A stretch of 64,000 nucleotides of DNA from Utricularia gibba (Eukaryota > Plantae > Magnoliophyta), in assembly GCA_002189035.1 (NCBI GenBank), contig NEEC01000002.1, positions 6,076,001 through 6,140,000 on the forward strand. Reading direction: 5' to 3'. Below are positions 23,387 through 35,904 of the stretch, piece by piece (position 1 is the stretch's first letter; every line of letters starts with the position of its first letter). Made by a program: the position numbers and the translations under genes. Under the pieces are notes generated by a model, which was given only the letters and a program-made list of their open reading frames with translations, did not search any database and was not told the origin of the DNA.

Positions 23387-26303
23387 TCAAAACCCACCTC
23401 CTCCTTGCATCACAACACGGGGAACCTGCACGTTAAGAAGCAGCTGATGCAGCCACTTCCTTGTCGTCACATCTTCCTACAACATGTTTCAACCACGCTC
23501 TATCAGCATTTGCCTCTATCAGGATTTAACCAGAGAAGTTTTTTTCTTTCTTTTTTTTGTGGTGCTAAAGGGAGAGGCTTACACGAAGGCAGGATTCGAA
23601 TGTTGTGTCTCTAAGCATCTCGGGTAAACAATTTCTCAACGCATCACATGCCCTCCAAGAATGACACAAAAACATTACCATCTGCTGCATTCACGAGTAC
23701 TAATATTTTTGAGGAAAAAAAAATCTCTTAAATAAGCAATGCCAACCTTGGATTATCAGATAAGCGAAGGTAGCATCTGATTATGTGCTTCAGCAGCCTA
23801 GGAGAAGGCATTTCGGCAAGCGCAGCAACCATGTTTGCCAGCACTCTTCCTACAGCATAGAATCGCTCAGCTGTTGTGCAAATGTACTCCAAGCCAACAT
23901 CATCGAGCAAAATTTTTTGAACAATAAACGTTGCTACCTGCAGCGCATGACAGGAACCCGTATGTCAACTTGCGTGGGAAAAATTGATCAAACTACTCTT
24001 GATCTATATATGCATTAACTCATAAAATTGGTTAGAGAGGGCCTACGGTTTTGGATAATTCACTTCCCATTTCCATTGTACGTAAGCACAAGGGAATGAT
24101 CTCCGTAGATAGAAGAAATCCAATAACCTCAGTGTCATCAACCTGGTAACCATAAAGCACAAGCAAAAATGCCTTCAATTATCTTATGGCATTGTACAAC
24201 AAAGAGAAAAAAAGCACTATATTTAAATAAAAGCGAAGAACTTCCAGATAATTATGCAATTATTAGTGATACGAAACAGGCACAGAAAGAGTTCGGGCTT
24301 GGCCCCTGATGGCATTCTTGTAAATGCACGAATATAAGGATTGCAACATGGAATAGAAATAGAATAGATGATGCAAAATACACCGAACTGTTTAGGAAGT
24401 GACTCGCAATGTTTCAATTTTGCATGCAATGGAACTCGAGCTAAACCTGCTAATAAATTATCAAAAAGGGGAAAACCTTGACTAGAGCCCCTATAACACC
24501 AAGACTTGTAAGCCTCAAATACTCGAAGGGCCTGGATTTGTTGGTTGTGTTGAGGAATGGATACAAATAGAGAGGGATATGAGCTGTGATACAAGACAAG
24601 GAACATATAATTAGGTAATCATTAGAATTAGCAGCAGGGAGCGAAAACTTAATGATATTAATAATGCAAAAAAGAGCTTCATTGAGCAAATTGAATACAG
24701 AACAAACAGTTGTTTTACTAATAATTAGGATTAGCATAACTAGAATCTCATGATACAGTAATAGACTAGAGTACCCTTCAAACACTGGAAAAGGGCAAGC
24801 ACATAAGAATCTTACCAGTGAGAAATAGCATCCTTGTTTCAGGATGTGAGGCCACACACTGCATCAAAATGAACAAAAACTTAGACATCCGTAGTAATAC
24901 CGAAAATGAAACATTTCTGTACAAATACCCCCATTATTTAATTTATCAGAACTTGCAAATAATTCCAAAGTTACCTGATACTGAAATATTGCTCACTAAT
25001 AATCCAATGGACTCTAATATCTGTTTTTTAATAACTATTCAGTATCCGGGAAAAAAAATAAATATTGCACTTCAAATCCTACAAGTGAGATATCTGATCT
25101 ATGGAATAGGAAGTCTCTAGGACCTTATTGAAAACTAGTGAGGGACAATTCAAGATTTTCTCATTATTGGCACATATTGTAGTAGCTTCTACCGATTCTA
25201 TAGTGTACAATGCGTTGCACATAACTAGTTTTCGTGGATATGAAAATGATTTTCCACCTGAAGTAAGGCGAGAGCGTTGCACACCCTGTTTGACTGTGCA
25301 GGAGTCAGAGCTGGAGGTGACAGAACTGGGTAGATGGAAACTATTTCCTGAGAGTTATAACAAGAAAGAACAGAAGCCTGCTGTAAGGACAAGAAATACA
25401 GAATAGGATGCACACACACTCAAAAGGGTACGCATGTACGCTCCTTTTAACACACAAGCAGGAGATATCAAAAGTCACCATTATAATCACAAAAGTGCAG
25501 AGAAAAAAACATAAGCTGAAATACATATAAAACCGACATATCACGAATGTTAACTAACAAGAATTCCTAAGTAATCACTCCACAAAACAAAACAAAAAAA
25601 AAGCGATGAATTGTTTCATAAAAATCACAAACCTGAAGAAGGGCAGCCATGGTGCCAAAGGACTTCCATAGCAACGGAGCCAGATCCTGAAACAGCTCTC
25701 TTTTCTATGATGAAAGAAGCATATCGTCAGTATGAACTAATAAAAGGCTAAAAAATAAAAGTTTCAACAGTTCTCATCACTACACACTAATAAACATAGT
25801 GGCTACAAGCTTCGATCTTCAAAAATTAGATTCACCCATTTGTTAGAATATGGAAAAAAACCGAATACTTTCAATTATGAATTCTATAATCATTCCAAAT
25901 GCGATTGGAAAATAGTATGAAAAAAACGAATTAAAATCCTCTAATTAATTTTGGATAGTGAAAAGCTGAATGTCACTGATCAAAAAAAGTTGGAATGTCT
26001 ATGATTGCAATACACTTTCTTAAGTCACCCATTCAAGATCGATTATACAAGATCCAGACATACTGGAAAAAAACGTGCCACCAATTTCTCATGAAAAGAG
26101 AAAGGAAAACCAGAAATCAAGATCATGGGGACCCTAACCTTGGAAAGTTCGAGTAGTGCGTTTTCCCGAAGATCGGGACTACAGAGATCGAGTACCAACT
26201 GCTCGGCTGATTGTATCCTCCGGTCCTTGTTCACGGCGGCGGGGGAACTTCCGGCAGCCTCAAAGAGGGCGGCTTTCAAGTTCAGCGACGGCAGCTTCGC
26301 CAT
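23387..26303 (-). CDS. CNOT9: CCR4-NOT subunit 9 / cell differentiation protein RCD1 homolog, 9 exons, ~307 aa
   Basis: Exons 26303-26139, 25704-25633, 25347-25258, 24858-24816, 24583-24477, 24142-24047, 23937-23747, 23652-23583, 23476-23387. Motifs [64 protein letters not shown]. Confidence 0.95.
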
Positions 26304-27201
26304 TTCTTCCGTAGTGAAGTAGCGAAGAGACGAAAATTGGATTCCTCCAATTGCTATTCCAATTATCCTATATATTTATAATCAATTTAATAGCTTTTTA
26401 TTTTAACGAATTTATATTATCCATAGAAAGAAATTAATAAAAAATGCAATAAATACTTTTTGAAAATCATTTAATTGTATAAAAATTAATTTCCACGTCT
26501 CTTAAAACTGTGTTGTGAAAAATTTCGGGTATTGTTTTAATTTTTTTTATCAAAAATAATTTTATACAAAATAATTCATATTTATGTTTCTATTTTTGAT
26601 AAAAATAATTTTTGAATATAATTAAAAATGAGATTAGAGTAGAAATAATAAAACTGTTAGTTCTACTTCTTATTTATATTTTTGCAATCAAATTCCCGAA
26701 AATATTTTTCATCCTTAGGCTTTCGATTTTTGAAAATATCTAATTATGTATAGTTATATTATTAATAACTTTGTTATCAATTAATATTTTTGTTGCTAAC
26801 AAATAATTTTCCAAAACAATATCATATTTGAAAAATATATTTTATTTTATTTTTATAATTTTTTCAGAACACATCATTTCAGTCTATACTTAAAAAATTT
26901 TATTTATACTTTTATAAAAGTAAAAATAACATATAATTTTTTTCAAAACACTCATTAAATAAATGATTGTGATATTTGCGAATAAACTCTGTAAAATTAT
27001 ATTTTTAATAAAGTAATGTATAAAATTTTCCTTTTTAAAATAACAATAAATACGCAAAATAAATTGTCAACACGAGGTCCAAATTTTATTCTTATGGTTC
27101 GCTCATGCAGCCGAACCCTTATTATCCTTGCAATATGTCCGTACCGACCTTGGACACGTGTTGACAGCCCATCACATCCGTACAACATCCGCCATGCAGC
27201 T

Positions 27202-28575
<1,374 letters not shown>

Positions 28576-28827
28576 GATTGATGTAGCTGCTCGCCTTTCC
28601 TCCTCCTTATATAGATACAGATGCCAAACGACACTCCCTCCACGCCCGTTGATTATTTTACTCTCCCATTATTACAGGCGGATGGCATTTGGCAATGAAA
28701 AATCCCAAAGTCAACTCCATGTTATTTCATATTCGAGCTACTGCAGAATCTTCTGTTATTTTTTTAAGAAGATGCCCAAGAGGGAATAATATTATTAGGA
28801 CAGGATAGGAGAATGATTCAGCCTTTG

Positions 28828-31002
28828 AATGTTTGCAAAGACATTTTGTAAGAGAAAATGACTAATTTCAAATATTATTTTTTATCACAACATTCATATC
28901 ATATTTTCAAATTACCTAAATAATTTGAAATCTCAATCGCGATATTGATATATAATTAAATTAATCTAAATTTATTTTATTTTAACACAAGCTAACAACA
29001 TGGCGTGAGGATGAGGTCAGGCCCTTTTGGTGCAATTTTCAACTAATGAGTTGGTTTGACTTACATTAATCATTTTAAATGAATTTCCCAAAAATATTAT
29101 TTTAATTTTTTACTGTTCAGTGATATATATATATATATTTTTTTATGATGTCTTTATTATTTAGTTTAGAGGAAAATACTTATGTTTGATATTAAAATTA
29201 TTTTTAAAATTAATGATTCAATACAAAATTGAATTAAACCCAAGACCTGTTTATTTTATTAATTTCGTGAAGTGATTCTGTTTAATTTTTGAATAATTTT
29301 TAATCGTTTTGTAGTATAAATTAAGATTTAATGATTAACTTCATAAATTATTGAATTTTTTGAATTTATATTTCATAGTATAATAAATTAATTAGAAAAA
29401 TTATATTATTTATATTTTATCTATTATAAAAAAAATATCATAATATCAAATTATATTTTATTTCATTAAATTTTATACCACAAAATAATTTTGTAATTTC
29501 AAATTAATTTTATTTACATAATCTTAAAATTGTTTTATTGTACATAATTTGAAGTGTAAAACAATCCTATTATAATACTAGATAATCCAATTGAGTTTGA
29601 ATGTAAATGTTGATTTTTATCGATTTATTTTTCTTTTTCCATTTGAGTTTAAATTGAAAATATTCAAAATTTTAGTAAGTTAAAGAAGGTTGAATCTTCA
29701 TTGCAATCCAAACACAACGCATCACGTTGGACTGGAAGCTAATATATTTATTATGATTATTATTAACTAATCGATATATTAATTATTTTTTTAAAAATAA
29801 GATAGGGCCAAAACCCTACATGACCCCTAGTACGTTCAGCCACCACTTATAGGGTATTTGGTACGTACGTATAATTATACTAATTATATATGTATAATCA
29901 TTATTTGATATAATTATACCCATATCCTTATATATGGGTATATATATAATTAAGGAAAGTTATGAGTATTTTTATATTTATATATCTAAATTTAGACAAA
30001 TCCAAAATAATTTAAACCCATAAAAATCTAAATCAACCAACTAAACAAAGGCATATAATGTTTGCATACACATTTTTTAAGAGAAAATGATTAATTTCAA
30101 TATTAATTTTTTTTATAAATCGTTTATCGCATGCTTCATTTTAAATTCACTTTTAGGCAATACTCTCATATTTTTTAAAATAATTTAAAATCTCTGTCGC
30201 GATATTTCTATTTAATTAAATTTATCTATCAAACATATTTTAAGAGAGCTAACAACGTGCCGTGAGGATGAAGTCAGGCCCTTTGGGTGCAATTTTCAAC
30301 TAATGAGTTGATTTGACTTACATTAATCATTTTTAACGAACTTTCCCACATTATTATTTTAATTTTTGTTGCTGAGTGAAATATTTATTTATTGTCTTTA
30401 TTAATTAGTTCAGAGGACAATGGCTTATATTTGATAGTACAATTATTTGAACTTTTGCTTTACATTACGTATAATAGAATCAGTTTTAAAATTATGTGAA
30501 TACAATCAATTTGAGATTGTAAAATTGTTTTATGGGATAATATAAAATTTAATAAAATAAAATATATATTGTCAAGTTTAATATATTAAATATTGTATAA
30601 TTTAATATTATGATAATATTATGATATAAATGTATTTTTAAAATAGATAAAATGTGAATAACCTAATTTTTTAATTAATATATTATTTAATCTCTGAAAC
30701 ATAGATTTAATAAATTTAATAATTTCTGAAATTAATTAAAAAATTTATTGTATAAAAATTGAAGATCAAGAATTTTAAAAAATTAAACAATCACTTCAAC
30801 AAAATAATAAAACATAACAGGCCTTTAATGGTTCAATAAAACATCGAATTCAACCCCTCATTATAATAATAAACAATCCAGTTGAGTTTAAATGTAAATA
30901 TTAATTTTTATGGATTTAAATTTATTTTTCTATTTGAGTTTAAATTGAAAATTGTAGTAAGTTGAAGAAGGTTGAGTCTTTATTGCAATCCAGACACAAC
31001 GC
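28828..31002. repeat. Diverged direct duplication of a ~0.9 kb non-coding unit (28828-29720 and 30057-31002)
   Basis: Shared blocks AAGAGAAAATGA.TAATTTCAA, GCTAACAAC..G.CGTGAGGATGA.GTCAGGCCCTTT.GGTGCAATTTTCAACTAATGAGTTG, and AGAAGGTTGA...TTGCAATCCA.ACACAACGC; the central AT-rich parts differ. Confidence 0.85.
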
Positions 31003-31602
31003 TTAGAGTACCAATATGTTGAAAATATTGGATATTAAAAAATAGTTAGGTATTTCATATTGTTAGTTTAAATACTTTTCAATTAGTTTATATATGATAT
31101 CAATTCATTAACTTTAATGAATTTAAAAATGAAATAAACCTCACATGTGTAACCCAAAAGACTATATGTGTAAGAGTGCAAAATTAACAGCAAAAGCTTC
31201 TCCTGTGTTTACCTTTTGACTCATTTTATTTTGATTATATTAAAATTAGGCATATATATATTCGATCGATTTTTGAGATCGAAATAATATTCTAAAATAA
31301 CGTATTACGTGTCTGATATTTTGATCGTTTTTCTTTCTTGGTGTCTTATTTACAACACAACATAACTAGACTACGCATCGCCAAAGCATGTCACCAAATG
31401 GCGAAGGTGAAGCTGAATGAGGATTGATGAGGAATAGCGAGTGAGGTGCCAGATGCGAATCCCCATCAACATATCTTTCATTTTGAAGATAATTAAGCAC
31501 AACGGAAAACCAAGCAAGTCGTGAGAGCGCATCAGGAACACAGGCGCTCGCCTTATTGAGGAAACGGGCTGCCTGGATGCATACATTTGCCTCATTTTCT
31601 CA

Positions 31603-33395
31603 CTATTTACCTGTCCAGGATGACAGGGGCGGAGTGTTTGCTGTTATCCAGGTGCCGCTCATGAAAGCATGTCTGTCCCCTCTCACGAGATCAGCTAAGG
31701 ATGAAAGCTCTGCTATCTCCTCCGCAGATAACTCCACCGTTAGAGCTCCGAGGTTGTCGTTGAAGTTTTCTAGTCTTGTGGTTCCGGGTATCGGGCTCAC
31801 ATCATCGCCTTGGTGATGAACCCAAGCCAGGGCTATCTGAGATGGGGTGCAGCCTTTTCGTTCACCCATTTCAAGGATACGCTGGTACACTAGTTTGTTG
31901 TGCTCAAAGTTCTCCCCCTGAAACCTGGGAAAGTTCTACATCGCAGAAAGAATGTACTAAGGTCATCTGTAAGTTGGGCAACGAAGAAGGTATTATTATT
32001 GTTCACAAACCTTGCGGAAGTCGCCTTCTGATAAACCCTGTATCAACTTAGGACCAGCTGAGAGGAAGCCGCGTCCGAGAGGACTGTAGGGAACAATGCC
32101 AATGCCAAGTTCTCTGGAATTCACAGTAAGCAGAGTGAAACATGGCGCACAGAAAGGCAATTACACAAACTAGTCAGTAACCTGCATGTGGGAATCAATT
32201 CCGCTTCAATATCTCGCGACCACAAGGACCATTCATTTTGTATAGCCGTGATAGGATGAACAGCATGTGCCCTTCTGATGGTTGAAGCAGAGGCTTCAGA
32301 AAGGCCGATGTATTTTATCTTCCCTTCTTCAACTAGCTTTTTCAGTTCTCCCATCTATGTGATCAAGGAGATTGATTTGAAAGCTAACAAGTTAAGGATG
32401 AATGCTCCATGAATCAACACAGCTGCCAGTATTATGTAACAAGTGCTCACCGTGACCTCAATGGGAACACGAGTATCAATCCGATGAACATAGTAGAGAT
32501 CAATGTAATCCACATCAAGACGTTTCAAGCTTGCCTCACAAGCAGCCCTGACGTATCCGGGCTCCCCACATACCTCCATATTTCCATCCTTGCGTGATAT
32601 CCCGAACTTAGTAGCCAGCTGAACCTTTTCTCTGTACCCCCCTTTCAAAGCCTGGCCTCATGTCAAAAAGAATAGAGCAACTGATAAGTGAAACACGCCT
32701 ATTAAGTACTAACATCAAGGCTTTCAACTACGGCATAAGAGCACCCTTTGTAAAAACCGAAGCCTTTACTGGCAGCCAACACATTGAAAGTGATGCAGAT
32801 TAAATTTTATAGCAAAGCAACAATTTTCAGCGAGCAAAATAATGTCCTACAATCTTTAGAGTTTTTTGCTTTTTATTCTGCGTTCATTTTCAATTCTTTG
32901 CAGCTACCATTCAAACATAGAACACCCATGATCCCGGAAGAGTGCCCATAACTCTTTTGTACAAAAGACAATCTAATCTATAGAATACGACTCTGCGGTA
33001 GTTCCACCCCACCAGAATCTGTAAAAAAAAATCTGAATAAACGTCGGAATCTGGGGATCCATTGACGATGACCGATCCCCCATATTGATTAACTCTTAAA
33101 CCAAATACTATATTCTAGATTTCAAATGATCCCGCATCACCAAAACAGATACTCGATACCAAACAGAAAAAGTACACACCTTCCCAACCAGGATTTCGTT
33201 AGTATGGGGGCCGTAGACATCAGAAGTGTCGAGAAACGTGACTCCGGAATCGATTGCGTGGTGGATGAGTTCGATCATCTCCGGCTCCGGCTTGGGCGAG
33301 CCGTAAGCCATTGACATGCCCATGCATCCCAGCCCCTGCTTGGAAACCACCAGGCCCTGCGAGCCCAGTTTGATTCTCGGCACAGTCACTCCCAT
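31603..33395 (-). CDS. Aldo-keto reductase (auxin-induced PCNT115 / perakine-reductase-like family), 5 exons, ~341 aa
   Basis: Exons 33395-33180, 32651-32451, 32354-32182, 32113-32011, 31935-31603. Motifs [61 protein letters not shown]. Confidence 0.94.
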
Positions 33396-33675
33396 TGATT
33401 GTCTAATTGCGCAGAGAAGTGGGGATTCGCAGACAAGGTGAGTGGATTAAATAAAGTGGTAAATCTGATCCAGCCCCTATGATAGAGGGAGAAGAAAGAG
33501 GGATAAATGAGACGTATGCTGACGTCATTGATGAGGTCTAGAAGTCTACGTGGCAAGTGATAAGGAGAAAGAAGTACAATTTATTCCACAATAAATTATA
33601 ATGCAAAATAATGTTTTGGGTTCGAAACGTGGTCAGTGGTCATCGCAGATGGTGATTTTTGTAAAGTAATTCGAC

Positions 33676-33721
33676 ATCCCACATCGATTGTGGAAAAATC
33701 AATATTCCAGAAACTTTATAT
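33676..33721 (+). promoter_or_regulatory. USE-like box (ATCCCACATCG) plus TATA (TTTATAT)
   Basis: Match to the plant snRNA upstream sequence element RTCCCACATCG at 33676-33686, followed 28 nt later by TTTATAT. The same motif pair occurs in TRIM LTRs. Confidence 0.5.
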
Positions 33722-33945
33722 CATACGGCGGGGGCCGCAGGAACCACTTGGGCTGAGCCAAGGCTACATATGGGCAGGCCGGGGAGGGAAGTTGGGCTGG
33801 GCCGCGTATATTGTAGGGGCGGGGGTTGTGAGAATTGTGACGATAAAATTGGACTGCCGACGGCGATCAATCAAAATTTTCTTTTCTAGGGTTTCACTGC
33901 GTAACCCTCCAATTTCAGAGGAAATTAGGGATGACAAATCTCTCA

Positions 33946-33963
33946 CCCTAACCCTAACCCTAA
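33946..33963 (+). repeat. (CCCTAA)3 telomere-type microrepeat, with a telo-box at 33887-33894
   Basis: CCCTAACCCTAACCCTAA read directly; TAGGGTTT (reverse telo-box AAACCCTA) just upstream. Confidence 0.8.
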
Positions 33964-34039
33964 TTGATCCCATAATACGAATGCCCTGCTCATAACGAAG
34001 TGCACAAACAACTCCAAAATTAGAAACAGCAAAAACAAA

Positions 34040-35904
34040 TCAGGATCTGTCACATGGCTTTCGAGCCGCTAAAACTGGCGTAGAGAGTCTGGAATTCACG
34101 GCGGAGCTCATGATCGACGTCGGAGACTCTAAATGCCTTCCGGTCGGAGAGGCGGAATGTCTGAAAGAGCTATGCTTCGGAGTTAGGGGAAACGAGAATC
34201 TCCGATCCGGAGTAGCCGGGAGCCTCTTGTTGGAGTGGGTATTTGCTCGGACTTTCGCCATTGCGGAAATCGTGGGTGTCATGTAACGAGGAGACATGAT
34301 GGAAGATGGGCAGCTCACGAGGCTCTCTTCGTCTTTCAATGGCGTATCATAACCTCTGCCATCTTTAGAGCATGTTGGATAAAGTTGAGGCTTTCGAGGC
34401 GTTGATGCGCTTCTGCTTACGGCGTTTTTGCCGTAGGAAACCTCTGCTGCAGCGAGGTAACGGTCGAACCAGTTCCAACACCAGGGATAGCCATTGAACC
34501 GTAGGTCCTGGTCTGTACGAGGAGATCTTGCATTTGAGTTCCATGGCTGCTGGAGGAGTGAATTCATGCACACGAATAAATAATTCTGAAAGGAATGCTT
34601 CCAAGAAATGGAGGATGAAATAGTTCACCTGGTGGTGGGAATATGCATAGGCCATGGCTCTCTCCCTTTTCATGGCTGCCTCAACTTTTTTCCGAATGCG
34701 TGCGTCTTCTTCCTCTTTGGTTAGCACGCTGTTGTCCCAATCCTTGCTTCGATTCCAGGACGGTCTACCCTCGGCACCTTTGTCCACTGGATGTGCTTGG
34801 TGCTGAAGACCCTGTTCTGGCATTTGTATCCGCAGGGACTGAATCTGTGTCTGAGCTCTAACAAGGAACTGCGTTTGCTTCAATGTGTTCATTGTTTGTT
34901 GCCTCATACTCTGGCCTCTCATCAGTGCTTGCAGCCTCATTAGACCCTTCAAGGCTCTGACATGTCTCCTTGCCTGAAAGTAGCATTACAGAGAAAAGAG
35001 AACATCAAACTACCATGTTTAGGACGAGGAAAGAGTTCAATTCAGTGATGGCGGGTGTGCAGTACCAAATAGCCTCTATATGCTGCCTGAATCTTCAAAG
35101 CTGATGTATTCTCGTCTCCACCACCCAGCACGGCCCTTCTAACATAACTGGTCTCCACTTCCCTCCCTGTCCCAGAGGAACAAAGATGCCCATCATCAGA
35201 GGAAGCAGCAGGAAAAGACTCATCATGGGCATGTTCCGGGTCCAAGTCACCATGATGACAAGTTTTCGAAAGAGCGTTCAGTGCAGGTATCTTCAACTGC
35301 TTGGTTTCTACTTTCAGCCCTGTCTCACTGAAAGAGGGATCCCCACCATTAGAAGAAACAGCAGGAAAAGCCTCACCAAGAGTCTTTCCCAGAAACAAAT
35401 CGGTTGGTGCACAAGTTTCTGATGACAGAGTCGATGCTGGCTTCTTCAGATGGCTAGCTTCCACTTCCCCAGTAGAACCAGCAGAAGAAGCTTTCTGAAG
35501 AGTAATTTTTGGATATGGATCACGAGTTATTGGAGACAGAGCCCTTGGTGACGAAGAAGCTCTCGGGGAGACAGACTTCGGTGAGGCCGGCTTCTCTATG
35601 ATTTTAAGAGATTCCAAGGAAACCCGAGGCAGAATATTCAGCTTATCAGCTTCCCCAAGTATCTTCTCGACACTGCTGGGTGGCCGGAAGAACGGAACAA
35701 ACGATTTGGTTTCGCCATGCCCCCAATTGCCTTTTCCCTTCTTCCCATTGCTGCTCCAATTTTTCTACAGGATCAAAGAAAGAGCTTGAACAATGTTTCC
35801 ATCGATAGAAATGAAGTGCATTGCAGGACTCTTACAGCTGTTTTCCTCTTTTTTGGAGTAAAGCACCTTCTGACTGATGAAAACAAGTCGCTCTTCTTCC
35901 CCAT
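34040..35904 (-). CDS. IQD: IQ67-domain calmodulin-binding protein (IQD12/13/14-like), 4 coding exons
   Basis: Exons 35904-35836, 35764-35066, 34973-34629, ~34546-34040. MGKKSDLF N-terminus, HGETKSFVPFFRPPSSVEKILGEA, IQ motif ALKIQAAYRGY|LARR split by the family phase-0 intron, WDNSVLTKEE, KRERAMAYAYSH, WCWNWFDR, PRYMTPTISA. Confidence 0.9.

Noticed and set aside
33742-34030. Telomerase RNA gene (USE + TATA + CCCTAA repeats)
   Set aside because: Three full repeats is longer than a ~1.5-repeat template, a T-rich terminator-like tract precedes them, and I see none of the conserved plant TR motifs I recall. Kept only as an unexplained island.
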